From Octopus vulgaris (Eukaryota), in the NCBI GenBank assembly GCA_951406725.2, contig OX597820.1, positions 22,258,001 through 22,322,000 of the forward strand: a stretch of DNA of 64,000 nucleotides. The letters are read 5' to 3'. The notes under the pieces are model-generated. The model ran no database searches, was not told where the DNA came from, and worked only from the letters and a program-made list of their open reading frames with translations. Shown piece by piece: positions 1-13,334 of this stretch. Made by a program: the position numbers and the translations under genes. Each line of letters opens with the position of its first letter. Positions within the stretch are counted from its first letter, which is position 1.

Positions 1-286
1 AACACTGAACACCTTTTTGATCTCCATGTGTCTAACACACGTGGACATGCCTACAAAGTCAGAAAACAACACAACTCCCATGACTTTCGGAAACATTTTT
101 TCACGCTCAGAGTTGCTGAAGCATGGAATAAACTGCCTGCGTCAGTTGTTGACTGCCATGACACTGCATCCTTTAAGGCCCTCATGCTTTCCGAAATCCG
201 CCGAAACTACACCTGATTATATATACACTTTAGATGAGTTGTAGTGCACCTGAGCACTGTACACAATTATTATTATTATTATTATT
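1..286 (+). mobile_element. CR1-type LINE 3' end (ORF2 C-terminus, terminal stem-loop, (ATT)n tail)
   Basis: ORF 28-216 reads TRGH..K....FRKHFFTLRVAEAWNKLPASVV...FK, the CR1-group C-terminal motif. Followed by hairpin gtgc-acctga-gcac and an (att)n tail. Confidence 0.85.
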
Positions 287-948
287 AAGCCAGGCCAGCG
301 CAAGGAATTTTATATTTTAAACCATTGCATGTAATCCCAAGCTGTTGATGATTCATTTCCTATTCGCTCGCAAGTCACTGGTTTTACTGGAGTATTTTAT
401 AACCTTTTAATGTGAACGACTAAAATGTGTCTATGTAATTTGTCTATAATATAAGTCACTTCGAAACATTACTGATGTGTTTTTCATACCTTGTACTTCT
501 GTAAAAATGAACATGGATTTCCTCTTTTGGTTGTGGCCGTATTTAGAAGTAATACGTATGATATTTAGCGGGTATTTTTCTTCCATCTCAGTTCTGTTAT
601 ACGATATTCAGAGAGCAATTTTTTGTTTTTGTGCGATGTTACGACTGACATGATGAGAAAAACATAATTTATACAGGAGACTTCTAACGCACTTCTAAAC
701 ACCGATGTACATCGAAAAGATATGAAAATACCCAAAAAATGTCAACTGATTGGGGTAGTTAAAACATTAGCAGAAACATTATCGTTGATGGTTTATGCAA
801 AATCTTTCAAGAGTGAAGAATGGGTTTGTTTAAACTTTCTCTAACACAAGTAATAGAGGGAACATTTGCATTGCCGATTGACCTACTAGAAATAGCAACC
901 AAATAACACGCATTTCAAATACTACCGTCTTCAAAATACGTGGTGTGT

Positions 949-987
<39 letters not shown>

Positions 988-1100
988 CGTGCATGTGCTA
1001 CGGGCTTCTACATAGTTTTATATATATATATATTCAACATGTAGAACCGTTAATCCCGACACGTTTTTCCTCACTCCGTTTTTTCATTCTCTCTCATCCC

Positions 1101-1131
1101 TTTCTGCTGAAGAGCGTAAGCTCGAACCGTC
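1101..1131 (+). ncRNA. Degenerate minimal hammerhead-like motif in a short repeat
   Basis: ctgctga-a-gagc-gtaa-gctc-gaaccgtc. Same layout as 1638-1672 with two core substitutions. Confidence 0.4.
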
Positions 1132-1212
1132 CCATTCTTCCAGAGCGTCAAACCAATATACCTGTCCGGTGTTCCTTCCTTCTCTGTCTTTTGTTTTCTG
1201 TACATTTGAAAA

Positions 1213-1267
<55 letters not shown>

Positions 1268-1637
1268 AATATATATATATGTGACATCTTGTAGGCTTTC
1301 AGGCTTTGGTCGACGCGAAGCAATAGTAGAAAACACTTGCTCAACGTGCTGCGCAACGGGACTGAACCTGAAGCCATGTGGTTGGGAAGCGAGATTCTTA
1401 CCAATCAACCCTAGCACTTATTGTTTAAGTTTGATAATTATTCTATCAATCTCTTTCGTTGAACCACTAAGTTGCTGGGATTAAACAAACCTACACCGGT
1501 TGTCAAATGAGTGGGGACGAGTGGCAAACACAAACACACATGCATATATATATATGTCATTCAATATGTGACCGTGTGTGTATCGTTGGCGATTTTCTTT
1601 CTCCGTCTTCCCTTCCTTGGACCTTTCTTTTTTCTAT

Positions 1638-1672
1638 GTTTCTGACGAAGAGCTCCGCTCGAAACGTTAAAT
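1638..1672 (+). ncRNA. Minimal type I hammerhead-ribozyme-like motif
   Basis: gttt-CTGACGA-a-GAGC-tcc-GCTC-GAAAC-GTT-aaat: core boxes, 4-bp stem II, palindromic ACGT stem III, short stem I. Confidence 0.6.
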
Positions 1673-2284
1673 CCCCCTTCTTTCATTCCTTTCCTGAGCG
1701 TCCAATAACATTATACTTGTTCCACGTTTCGTGTTGTTTTCTCTTTGTGTTTTCATGTTTGGATTAACAATATATATACATATCTCGTATAAATATGCGG
1801 CAGGCTTCTACACAGCCTCCTTCAACCAAATTTACTCACAATGTGTTGGTCAACCTGAGATCTACAGTAGGAGACACTTCCCACGCGGTATGACTAAACC
1901 CGAAACCACGTGGTAATAAAGCGAACTCCTTAATCACACAGTTATGCCTGCACCTTAATATAAAGAAAAGTTTTAAGGCTATACATTACAAGCTTTATCT
2001 GTGCATTTACAATTTGACATTTTCATTTTGTTTAATGCTTCGGTGAAGTTTTAAACAACATTGGATACGGCCAAAATTACCGACGATGGCAACGACTACG
2101 CCACGACGACAAGGGTGATGACGATGTATAAATGATTTACAGTGGCGTATGAGATGTTATGGTTTGCGTAAGTAAAACCACTTGAACTATATATACGATT
2201 ATATGATCAGACCGAACACTTGGTTTGAGGTAATTATGCAGAAGTATGCAGCAACTTGCTCGACGTAGTGGTGACTGTCGTGTA

Positions 2285-2548
2285 ATTTTGATTTCAGATT
2301 TTGGCACAAGGCCAGCAATTTCGCTCGGTAAGCATTTCGTCCGATATCCTAACGATTCTGCCAGCTCGCTGCCTAAGCACCGAGTAATATCGGTTTCAAA
2401 TTTTGGCACAAGGCCAGCAATTTCGTCCGATATCCTAACGATTCTGCCAGCTCGCCGCCTTAGCACCAAGTAATATCGGTTTCAAATTTTGGCACAAGGC
2501 CAGCAATTTCGTCCGATATCCTAACGATTCTGCCAGCTTGCAGCCTTA
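2285..2548 (-). repeat. Three tandem ~87-bp units derived from an internally deleted SINE B
   Basis: aattttggcacaaggccagcaatttcg recurs at 2399 and 2486 (variant near 2298). Each unit joins the SINE tail to the SINE head (ctaacgattctgccagctcgccgcc). Confidence 0.8.
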
Positions 2549-2550
2549 CC

Positions 2551-2980
2551 ACTGATGCAGACGATCAACTCTACGAGGTCTTCAACGGGGTGTCTGACAA
2601 CGAAGAGTTCTTAGGCTTTGAGTGAAGTCTCTACTCATTAGGATCAGTCCATTTTAGGACCACACATTTTCAAGAAAGAATATGAAGACCACAATATGAA
2701 TAAATCATATAAACACACATAATAAAAAAAAACGTTCTCTTGCATTTAAAATCTGGACTTTATCTTCTTTCATTAATAATTATGAATATCAATGATTGCA
2801 GTCAGAAATGTTTAAGTATGAAATCATCATGAAATTGAAGTTTGTATTCATCCCGCATTTCTCTCTTTTCATTAGCCCCAGTTATTTCCTGGTTTCCCCC
2901 ACATTTTTCACCCGTCGGGGACCGAAAATCGGGGGTACGGTTTATAAACGAGTGCGGCTTATACACCGGCAAAAACGGTA
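2551..2980 (+). mobile_element. 3' end of a pogo/Tc2-like DNA transposon
   Basis: 2551-2625 encodes TDADDQLYEVFNGVSDNEEFLGFE*, an acidic SDxEEFxGF transposase tail. Element ends gtgcggcttatacaccggcaaaaacgg-TA. Confidence 0.7.
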
Positions 2981-3570
2981 CTCGGAAATCGGCTCCAGTC
3001 GTAAGTCTCTAATGATTGGTCATGCAACCAGTCATGTGACACTGAAATGCTTTGCCGAGTCAAGCATTTGGATTGAACTAGTTTTACGCGGTATACTAAG
3101 TGCGTATCTAATCGCGTTGCGCAACAGACCACCAGATGTGGCAAATAAAAAAATGCTAGCTAGACTGAACCTCATTTTGTCAATAAATAGCATGAAGTTT
3201 TTCATTTTTACTAGTGAGGAGAGAGAGCGCAAGGTGGGAGAGTATATTTCCAGGAAGCCACGTAACATTATTTTTGTTCCTGTTGAATGAAGCCTGTGTA
3301 ACCAAGTTCGAATGAGTTTGAAAAGCTATCTATGAAAGATTTTCTACAGTTCGTTCACATTTCTTAGTGATATATTTATCTAGTTCGTTGTATAAATTTA
3401 TTTACCTGAGAATAAAGTGTTGCTGTTAATAGAAAGCTGTTTTTTTTTGGGGGGGGGGGGTATTATCTCCATCATTTATATGCAACTCATTAGAAGCAAG
3501 AATTTGTTTCAAAAGAGCCAGAGACACAATCTTCTAGCTAAAAGTAGTAATTTTTCTCTTAACAATATAC

Positions 3571-3939
3571 TCTTTTAGTTGTTTCAGTCATGTGGCTACG
3601 CTGGAGCACCGCTTTTAGTCGAGCAAATCGACCCCAGGACTTATTCTTTGTAAGCCTAGTACTTATTCTATCGGATCTCTAGTGCCGAACCGCTAAGTCA
3701 CGGGGACATAAACACACCAGCATCGGTTGTCAAGCGATGTTAGGGGTCAAACACAGACACACAAACACACATATATACGACGGGCTTCTTTCAGTTTCAG
3801 TCTACCAAATCCACTCACAAGGCTTTGGTCGGCCTGAGGCTATAGTAGAAAACATTTGCCCAAAGTGCCACGCAGTGAGACTGAACCCAGAACCATGTAG
3901 TTGGTAATCAAGCTACTTACCACACAGTCACTTCTACGC
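3571..3939 (-). mobile_element. SINE family A, near full length
   Basis: Reverse complement of the family A sequence seen at 26205-26590 and 34970-35345. Confidence 0.9.
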
Positions 3940-4001
3940 ATATAAATACTTAAAAATTCCTCTTAATCATTTAATTAAAGTTCTCCGAAACATCAATTGA
4001 C

Positions 4002-4166
4002 CACTAGCGTAGCTAGGGTGGGGGCAGTAGGGGCGGTGCGCTCCGGGCGGCACTTTGAGAAGGTTATTGTAGGCTATTGCTGTAGGCAATATGTGGTTTT
4101 TGCGGGGTCTGGGGGCGGCAAACGGAAGGGCCGCCCCGAGCGCCAGACACTCAAGCTACACTAGTG
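4002..4166. mobile_element. hAT-type MITE (165 bp)
   Basis: TIRs cactagcgtagct / agctacactagtg (12/13). Exact 8-bp TSD caattgac at 3994-4001 and 4167-4174. GC-rich interior. Confidence 0.9.
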
Positions 4167-4339
4167 CAATTGACTTTAGTTTGCTAGCCAAGGTGCGTGA
4201 CATTGTAGTTAGGGGTGTTCGGCTCATGATCAGGCGGCTGAGTTCAGTTTCTAGACTTCGTAGCGTGTTGTGTCCTTCAGCTGGGCAAGTTGCTCCAGTT
4301 TACTCATCTGTAAACGAGTACCGCCCAGTTGCTGATACA

Positions 4340-4655
4340 ATCTCTCTCTCTCTCTCTCTCTCTATCTATCAATCTATCTATCTCTATCTATCTATCTATC
4401 TATCTATCTCTTTCTCTCTCTCCCTCTTTCTCTCTCTCTGTCTATCTATCTATTTCTATCTATTTATCTCTCTCTCTCTCTGTCTATCTATCTATTTCTA
4501 TCTATTCATCTCTCTCTCTCTCTCTCTCTGTCTATCTATCTATTTCTATCTATTTATCTCTCTCTCTCTCTCTCTGTTTCTTTTTTCTCTGTCTGTCTAT
4601 CTATCTATTTCTATCCATTTACCTCTCTCTCTCTGTTTCTTTTTTCTCTGTCTGT
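4340..4655. repeat. Compound (TC)n/(TCTA)n microsatellite
   Basis: Directly visible. Confidence 0.95.
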
Positions 4656-5104
4656 CCCCCCCCACCACACCTATCACATTCTGGATTTCCTTTGAGTCGA
4701 GGGTGAGTGGACTGAGAGGGTGTCCACGTTTGCTTACGACTACATAGACATCTAAAACAATAGAACGTTATCAAGCCCATACTCACTTACGAGAGCTGGC
4801 TACCAGTACCGTAACAGGAATATTTAGCAATCGAACCCGGATCACAACATCCGATGCAAAACCAAACAACAACAACAAATTTTTTTTTAAATTCTCAAGA
4901 ATTCAGTCACGATTCGCTGGAATATTACCAACGTCATTACAAAATTTGACTTCGTATGAAACCGGATCTAACAATTTCATCTTTGGTGCGTTTTTTCTAA
5001 GCCGGACCACCAGTATATTCTCAGTGCATATTAGCCAATACAGACGGCGGACAACAGACATCAGACCAGACACAGATGACAGTAGCAGAAACAGCAACTG
5101 ATGT

Positions 5105-5295
5105 GGAGGCGCAATGGCCCAGTAGTTAGAGAAGCGGACTCGCGGTCGTAAGAACGCGGTTTCGATCCCAGACCGGGCATTGTGAGTGTTTATTGAGCAA
5201 AAACACCTAAGCTCCACGAGGCTCCGGCGGGGGGAAGGGGTGAACCCGCTGTACTCTTTCACCACAACTTTCTCTCGCTCTTTCTTCCTACTTCT
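5105..5295 (+). mobile_element. tRNA-derived SINE family E, 3' truncated
   Basis: A box tggcccagtagttag and B box ggtttcgatccc. Body matches the reverse complement of 37585-37887. Confidence 0.75.
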
Positions 5296-6224
5296 TCCAC
5301 AAAGCAGAGGGACCATGGTGTAACCCACTATGGTGTGGTAAACTTTCAGACCCTAGTCTAGATGGCTCAGCTCTCCACCGTTTACGGAATGAGGATAACA
5401 ACGTAGCTTTCGTGCAGTGTGGTGGGTGAATCTTCAAGTTGCCACATGCATTCTCAGTGGCTTAGAGTAGGCTCGAATTAGAGATTATTCTTTGTGGGAG
5501 TCCTGATTGGAAGAAGAAGAAGAAGAAGAAGAAGAAGAAGAAGAAGAGCGTTGTGACAACACAAAAAACTAGACAGACGGCGATAGTAACACACAATGAC
5601 CAGCTAACATCTTGACAACTGTTTCTATCACACCTTATCCAAGAACAATTAAGCTTCGAACTATCTCGGTGTTTGTCGCTCGGAGCAACGACAATGTAAT
5701 TAACATTAATTTATTAATCAATTTTAATTTATCAATTAATTTTTTTTTGTATAAAATCTCCAACACATTTCAGTGTTCTTTATCGTAGCAATACCTTGGA
5801 CTACATTTTGACATGCATGTAAATCTCTTCAACATTTCACTTATAACTTTTCGTCTTATATTCTTCATTTATTTATTTTCTGCGTTTGCCCGCCTGTTCA
5901 AAATATGCCAAAATTTAATGTCATTTAGTGTTAGTTTGTTTTCCATTTCTTTCTATTTACAGTTTGCGCTACAGAACACTCTCTTCGTGAACTATCAATT
6001 GACAAACATCGGTTTCGGCGTTCTCCATTAATATCGTTCTCGCCGGCAGTACGAGTCCTTTTGACCCACACTACAGCACGCTTTTTACCTCTGTTATCCA
6101 CGCAGCTAAGGCCATGAGAGTAAGATCCAGGAAGAACATTCCACACAGACTCAGGAATGTCCTCGGGTATCAGAAATTGCTTGCATTTACTGAAGACGAG
6201 TGTTTATATTACGGAAAGAGGGGA

Positions 6225-6660
6225 GACGGCGAGCTGGACACATCGGACAACATACTTAACGATATGTCTTCCGACTCTTTGCGTTCTGAGCTCAAATCCT
6301 GCCGAGGTCAACTTCACTTTTATCCTTTCGGGTCGATAGAATAAGTACCAGCTCAGCACTGGGGTCGATGTAGACGACTTACCTGCTTCCCCGAAATTAT
6401 TACCCTTGGGCCAAAATTTGAAACTATCATTATTATTGCAATTAAGGTGGTTTGCTGGCAGAATTGTTAACATGCCGGACAAAATACTGAATAGCACTTC
6501 TTCCGACTCTATATACTCTAAGTTCAAGTCCCACCAAGGTCAACATCACTTTCATCCTTTCAAGGTTGATCAAATAAGTACCTGTTGCGCATTGAGGTCA
6601 ATATAATCGACTAGACCCTCCCCGAAAAAAATTCAGGCCTTGTATCTACAGTAGAATGAA
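6225..6660 (+). mobile_element. Two diverged tandem SINE B copies
   Basis: Heads ggcgagctgg / gctggcagaa and central ctttcatcctttc..gtcgata..ataagtacc block. Confidence 0.75.
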
Positions 6661-6859
6661 TACTAGTGTAACGATAAGTATTTGTGTTGAAGTCGAGGGT
6701 CACCAATTGTAGCGGGAGATATTGAATAGTTACACAATAATATGGAATATCGGAGTCAGCAGTTGTAACGATAAAAATTTGTTGTTATGACGGCAAGTTG
6801 TAAGATGTGAAATGCATGAAGTTTTAAGGAAATGTTTATTTACCGTTACGTTACAATAC

Positions 6860-7092
6860 CTATTTCTTTACTACCCACAAGGGGCTAAACATAGAGGGGA
6901 CAAACAAGGACAAACATAAGTATTAAGTTGATCTCATCGACCCCACTGAGTAACTGATACTTAATTTATCGACCCCGAAAGGGTGAAAGGCAAAGTCGAC
7001 CGCGGTGGAATTTGAACTCAGAACGTAACGGCAGACGAAATACCGCTAAACATTTCGCCCGGCGCGCTAACGTTTCTGCCAGCTCGCCGCCT
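6860..7092 (-). mobile_element. SINE family B, full length
   Basis: Reverse complement of the copy at 32118-32348. Confidence 0.9.
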
Positions 7093-7933
7093 CAACAGTC
7101 AGGTTATGATAAATCCAAAAGCATGCGAAAGAAAGTTAGATGTGGTAGAATTTTTTTTTTTTTTTTTTTTTTTTTTTGCATAGTTTGGCGTACACAAATT
7201 GTTAGTAGTAATTCACAGATAGCGATAGATGATATTGTAAGAGAACAGAATTAGAGCTAGTGAATGTTGTAGGGTTGTGGGACGTTGTCTCACAGTTGCT
7301 GACAGTAAATCTCATTTCTCTCGCTGACCATAGCCTTTAGTAGCTGCATTCCTTGTGATCATGATTCTAGCAGTCCGTTCCCTAACTAACTGAGTCGTCA
7401 CGAGCCGCCTCGCCCAGCTGTCGCCAAGTGACTACTTGGTTGAGTCGTCACCGACTGATTTTTGCTTGGGGTGTTCTTGCTTTTATAACTATCCAGAAGG
7501 ATAGATATATCACCGAGAACAAGAGATTTAGTTGATGGTCTTGTTATCTCTATTTTAGCTTTTAGTGAAGCAAAAGAGGTTAGAAAGGGTCAAGAGGTAA
7601 AGACATTATTTCGGCCTAGCTAAAGGCATCTAGAAAATGTAAAACTGCAGTCAGAGAAAATCTATTGTTCCATCGTGGGAAAAGTTCTGTTGCAGTTTTA
7701 ATTTAAATTCGGCTATGGTGGATCGAATCCATAACCATTGCATCATCACAGATCCAGCTGCAACCACTCCAACCTAACACCAACTATTTTGTTTCACTCT
7801 TCATTGTCAAGTATTTGTTTACTCTTGGCTTTTGAGCTTTGATTTCCATGCCTCTTCCATATCCATGTTGAAGTATTTCTGCCATAGAAATGTGTGTGTG
7901 TGTGCGTGCATATATGTATGCGTGCGCACGTAG

Positions 7934-7974
<41 letters not shown>

Positions 7975-8163
7975 AAATATATTGTTTTGTCTTGGGAGAG
8001 CCATTATGCCAATAATAACAACACAAACACAGATTCAATGCCATTTCTTTATTTATTAGGCAATTGGTTAAAAATTTATACAACTAACTAATCGATCGTT
8101 TGTTTTATGTGTTGGTTAAACAATCAATCGATCTTTTCTTAGTCAAAGTTCTTTACACACACA

Positions 8164-8224
<61 letters not shown>

Positions 8225-9375
8225 ACGTGTAGCAGAGCAATGATTTACAAAATAGAGAAGAAAGCAGAATATGCTTCATCATGGACACAGCAGACGAGTG
8301 TAAAAATAAATAAATGAAAACCGAGAACAAATACACAGAAACAAACAAGCACACACACACAACCATCTATGAATCATATATAATGTAAATACATCGTTGG
8401 AAAGTAAATTTGCAACAGCATTCGTCCAGAGATAACATCTTTTATGGACGTGCTGTGTTTAAAAACACGATATATATCAGAGGTACGCGAAAATCGTCAC
8501 AGCAGGGTGTAGCAAGGACGCTAGATGTACTTCTGTCTCACTGGACGTTGCCAATGGTGTGTACTCAGCCAACTACATGCTTAGATGAGATTTGTAGCCA
8601 CCAATATATAAGAAAGCAGAGAATAGACATTCAATGATACAGCAAATAGCTACCTGGTTGATAAAAGTCTATTATATGCAACAGAAGCAGTATTAGATTA
8701 AAGCAGCCACCTATGTATCATACTAAATTTAAATACATCATTGAAAGGCAAATTTGCCGTGGTATTTGTTCAGAGAGATCATCTCTTAAGGACATGCTAT
8801 GTTTAAAAACACAATATATTTAAAAAATAAGTGTTAACACAGTATGCAAATTAGGAACTCCAGTTTTCTGTAACTGCAGTAACTGTTGACTATATAAACA
8901 AATTGATTGCTTGTTTCTCTACGATTTGTCAAATTGATGTAGATACCTCTGATGAGAGTTCAATAAGACTTGAAAATCTACTAAAATTTGTCTGTTTTGT
9001 TTATTTTCAATCTACAGAGAAACAGCTAAATTAGCCCTTTATATAGGTACTATAAAGAGGAAACATTAATCATTCTGGCTATTCCAAAGTCCACATTTTC
9101 ATGCTTGCATGGGTCAGACAAAATTCATTGTGGCAGATTTTCTAGAACCAAATGCTCTTCCTGTCACCAACTCACACATGCTTCCGAGTAAGGTAATATT
9201 TTCCTCTAACAAACATCCCAATAACCAGACATGTTTTCATGGAAGATCGCTAATAAACAGCACTACATGGTGACATTTGTTTACAATTAGCATGTGAGCA
9301 TGAGATGAAAAGACAAAGAGAGAGAAACACATTCATGCATGCACATGCACACACAAATATACACATACTTATACA

Positions 9376-9416
<41 letters not shown>

Positions 9417-9418
<2 letters not shown>

Positions 9419-9685
9419 TCATCATCATCATCATTTAACGTCCGCTTTCCATGCTAGCATGGGTTGGACGGTTCAACTGGGGTCTGGGGAGCCCGAAGGC
9501 TGCACCAGGCCAGTCAGATCTGGCAGTGTTTCTACAGCTGGATGCCCTTCCTAACGCCAACCACTCAGAGAGTGTAGTGGGTGATTTTATGTGCCACCGA
9601 CACAGATGCCAGACGAGACTGGCGAACAGCCACGCTCGGATGGTGTTTTTTATGTGCCACCGACACAGGTGCCAGACGAGGCTGA
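9417..9685 (-). mobile_element. RTE LINE 3' UTR fragment (family C)
   Basis: (cat)n-ttaacgtccgctttccatgctagcatgggttggac, the same tail as 15720-16415. Confidence 0.85.
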
Positions 9686-9722
9686 TATATATTAGAAGAT
9701 TTGGAGGTGATGTACAGGTATT

Positions 9723-10378
<656 letters not shown>

Positions 10379-11584
10379 ATATATATATATATATATATAT
10401 ACAATCATTTTGCGTTGGTCTACCATGGTGGTATGGCTTGAATGATGGTTTAACAGGATCCAACAACTCAAAAGAGAACATTGTATTCCAATGTCCGTTT
10501 TGACAAGGTTCCTAGAGCTGGTTGCTTTTCCTAATACCAAACACTTTACAGAGTGCACTGGGAGAATTTTTCATGACACCAGTACCAGTGAGATTATCAT
10601 GTAACTCACTCATCTGAGAGGAAGTATGTAGTAGAAATGTGGGGTCACTTTATACTAAGTATTGAGAGATAAAGTACGGGAGAAACGACACGGATAGATT
10701 ACTTGCTGCAAAAGAGATACAAAGACACTTTGCATTATATAAAGTGAATGGAGAAAATTGGGATGGGACTGGAAGAGAGATAAAGATGGTGGTGACAAGA
10801 TGTTAGAGTGTACAAGAAAATGAAAAGAAGTCAGTGTAGAGACAGAAGATCAAGAAGGTAGGAGGGTAGCAGTTGTAAGTGTGTTTGTGGAGAGTGGGAG
10901 ATAGTTAGAAATGTGAGTAGGATGAATGTAATGAATGGCAAATAAGAGTGAAGAGGTGGTAGACATGAGTTGACGGTAAGGTATGGGGAGAGGAGGTGAT
11001 GACTGGCAGTACAGAAAATGTAAAGAGTAACAGAAGAATACTGTAGCAAATAGGGGAAGGATAAAAGTACAGGAGATGATGCATAGGTGGTGGGTGTTTA
11101 GATTGCAACAGTGTGTGGGAAGAGAGAAAGATGTATGGTGATGGAGGATGATGTGGTCAGGAGTACATAGAGATAAGCCAATAGGAAGTGTTACAGGCGA
11201 GTGGAACAGATAACTAGTATTATAGAAAAGGATGATGAAATGTGTACGTAATTCTACTTTTATTTAATTACGTAGAACAGTTGAATACTGCAGTAGTTAG
11301 GAAGGGAATAGAAGAATCAATGATTGGGAAATAAAAAGGTTATGTGGAAGGCTTGATGAGGGCAAATTGGGCAAGAGGCCAAGTTACATGTATACACATT
11401 ATGTTTCAAGATGGTGAACGGATCTGCTTCAGCACTATATGTTACCAATAGGCATATGTATGTAAGTCAGAGGATTCGGTTTCAGTTCCAAGCTTGTCAT
11501 CCTGCATGAATGTCTTCTATTATAAATATTGGCTGACGAAGAATTTATGAGTGAATATCAAAGAGGGAAAATAAAGCTCACTCT

Positions 11585-11853
11585 GTGCCAGCCTCGCCTG
11601 GCCCCCGTGCCGGTGGCACGTAAAAGCACCATCCGTTTGTGGCCGTTTGCCAGCTCCGTCTGACACCTGTGCGGGTGGCACATAAAAAGCACCCACTACA
11701 CTCACGGAGTGGTTGGCGTCAGGAAGGGCATCCAGCCGTAGAAACACTGCCAGATCAGACTGGGCCTGATGCAGATTTCTGGCTTCACAGACCCCAGTTG
11801 AACCGTCCAACCCATGCTAGCATGGAAAGCGGATGCTAAATGATGATGATGTG
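11585..11853 (+). mobile_element. RTE LINE 3' UTR fragment (family C) with two hairpin modules
   Basis: cgtgccggtggcacgtaaaagcacc-type module twice. Ends gcatggaaagcggatgctaaatgatgatgatg. Confidence 0.85.
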
Positions 11854-12182
11854 TGTGTGTGTGTGTGGCTGGGTGGATGAGTGTGTTTGTGACAACTTGT
11901 CCTTACATTATGTGTTAATTGTAAGCAGATAGCAGTCATACAAGCAGTGTCGCATATTAGTAAACTTATATGAAATCAAGATCAGACTAGGGGAGAATAT
12001 TATATTGCATGGAATTAGATGAGGATTGTAGACAAGGAGAGCATCCAGCCACAGAAAATCTACCTCATCTAATTTTGTCTGACCCATGAAAGTAAGGAAA
12101 AGCAGATGTTAAAATAATAGGATTGATGATGATTTCAATATATATATATTATGTGCACTTCATTTTATTTATAAACTGAGCA

Positions 12183-12220
<38 letters not shown>

Positions 12221-12221
<1 letters not shown>

Positions 12222-13047
12222 CCTGCGCTACCACCATCCAAAACTGAATATGAAACTTACAGGATACACCAGTCCACAGGGAATTTCAATCCCAGAGCCT
12301 AAGTCAGTGAGGAACCTGGGTATCGACATGAGTGATGATACCTCTTTCCAAGTGCACATTACCAGGATGGCGACAAAGTGCAGACGACTGGCTGGATGGA
12401 TCCTAAGAACATTCAGAACCAGAGATAAGGAAACCATGATGGTCCTCTGGCGGATATTCGTCCTCAGCCGCCTTGATTACTGCTCACAGCTATGGTCACC
12501 CACCAGTGGACCTTGAAGCAATCCAGAGAAGATTCATAAAGAAGATTGTCTCTTTGCAACAGCTCAGCTACTGTTAAAGGTTGAAACAGCTAAGACTATA
12601 CTCCCTGGAGAGAAGACGGGAGAGGTATGCAGTAATATCTGGAAGATATTACTTGTGCCAAATTTTGGCCAAATTGTGCCAAATTTTGGCATTGAAAGCT
12701 ACACCAATGCCAGAACGGGATGATCCTAGCAACGCCATCATGCTTCAGGACCAGTTACTGCAACAGCCTGGGTTTCAAGGTCCCACAGCTTTCTAACATT
12801 CTCCCAAAGAGTCTAAGGAACTTGCACAAAGTAGATGTAGGGTTTTTTAAATCAAAGCTGGACCTCTTCCTGTCGAGAGTCCCAGATGAACCTACCTCAC
12901 AGCAAGAGGTGCAAATGAAGGTAGCTATATCAAACTCCATTCTTCACCAAGTGCCACATATTAGAGGAGGCTCTTAGTAATAACAGTGTAGCAAAACGGC
13001 GGTGCATCAGCATGGTTGCAGCTCTGAGCTGAAACTAGAGAGAAAAA
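12221..13047 (+). mobile_element. CR1-group LINE, 5'-truncated, degenerate ORF2 C-terminus plus 3' UTR
   Basis: Frameshifted pieces VRNLGI...ILRTF...SRLDYCSQLWSP, LYSLERRRERY, NILP..LR...FKSKLDLFLSRVPDEP. Confidence 0.9.
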
Positions 13048-13048
13048 T

Positions 13049-13103
<55 letters not shown>

Positions 13104-13184
13104 ATAAGATCATTATTTTAAATAGCAATCAATCTAGTGGCAGCAAGGGAAGGAAAAAAACCTTATAGGTTATAATAATTATTA

Positions 13185-13334
13185 AAATTATAAATAAGGG
13201 CATCTAAGAGATACTACAATGCTTGAAATAGCAGTCAAAACCTGACTCTGAAACTGCATCAATTATTCAAGAGTCAGGTTTTGACTGCTATTTCAAGCAT
13301 GGTGGTATCTCTTAGACATCCTTATTTACAATTT
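13185..13334. repeat. Foldback palindrome with ~65-bp arms
   Basis: 13219-13249 is the exact reverse complement of 13270-13300. Outer arms have a few mismatches. TA-rich flanks. Confidence 0.9.

Noticed and set aside
2796-3290. 164-aa + strand ORF and overlapping 78-aa - strand ORF
   Set aside because: The longer ORF runs across a transposon terminus. Neither has recognisable motifs or convincing splice sites.
7265-7782. Possible solo LTR (TGTTG start, minus-strand TATA-like motif)
   Set aside because: No matching TSD or clear terminal inverted repeat, and no second copy in the window.
8949-8975. CTGATGA-gagtt..gactt-GAAA hammerhead-like core
   Set aside because: Stem II is plausible, but I could not form stems I and III with a cleavage triplet. 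At best a decayed relic.
10620-11400. Purine-rich strand-biased stretch with short minus-strand ORFs
   Set aside because: Low-complexity sequence with no recognisable protein or element signature.
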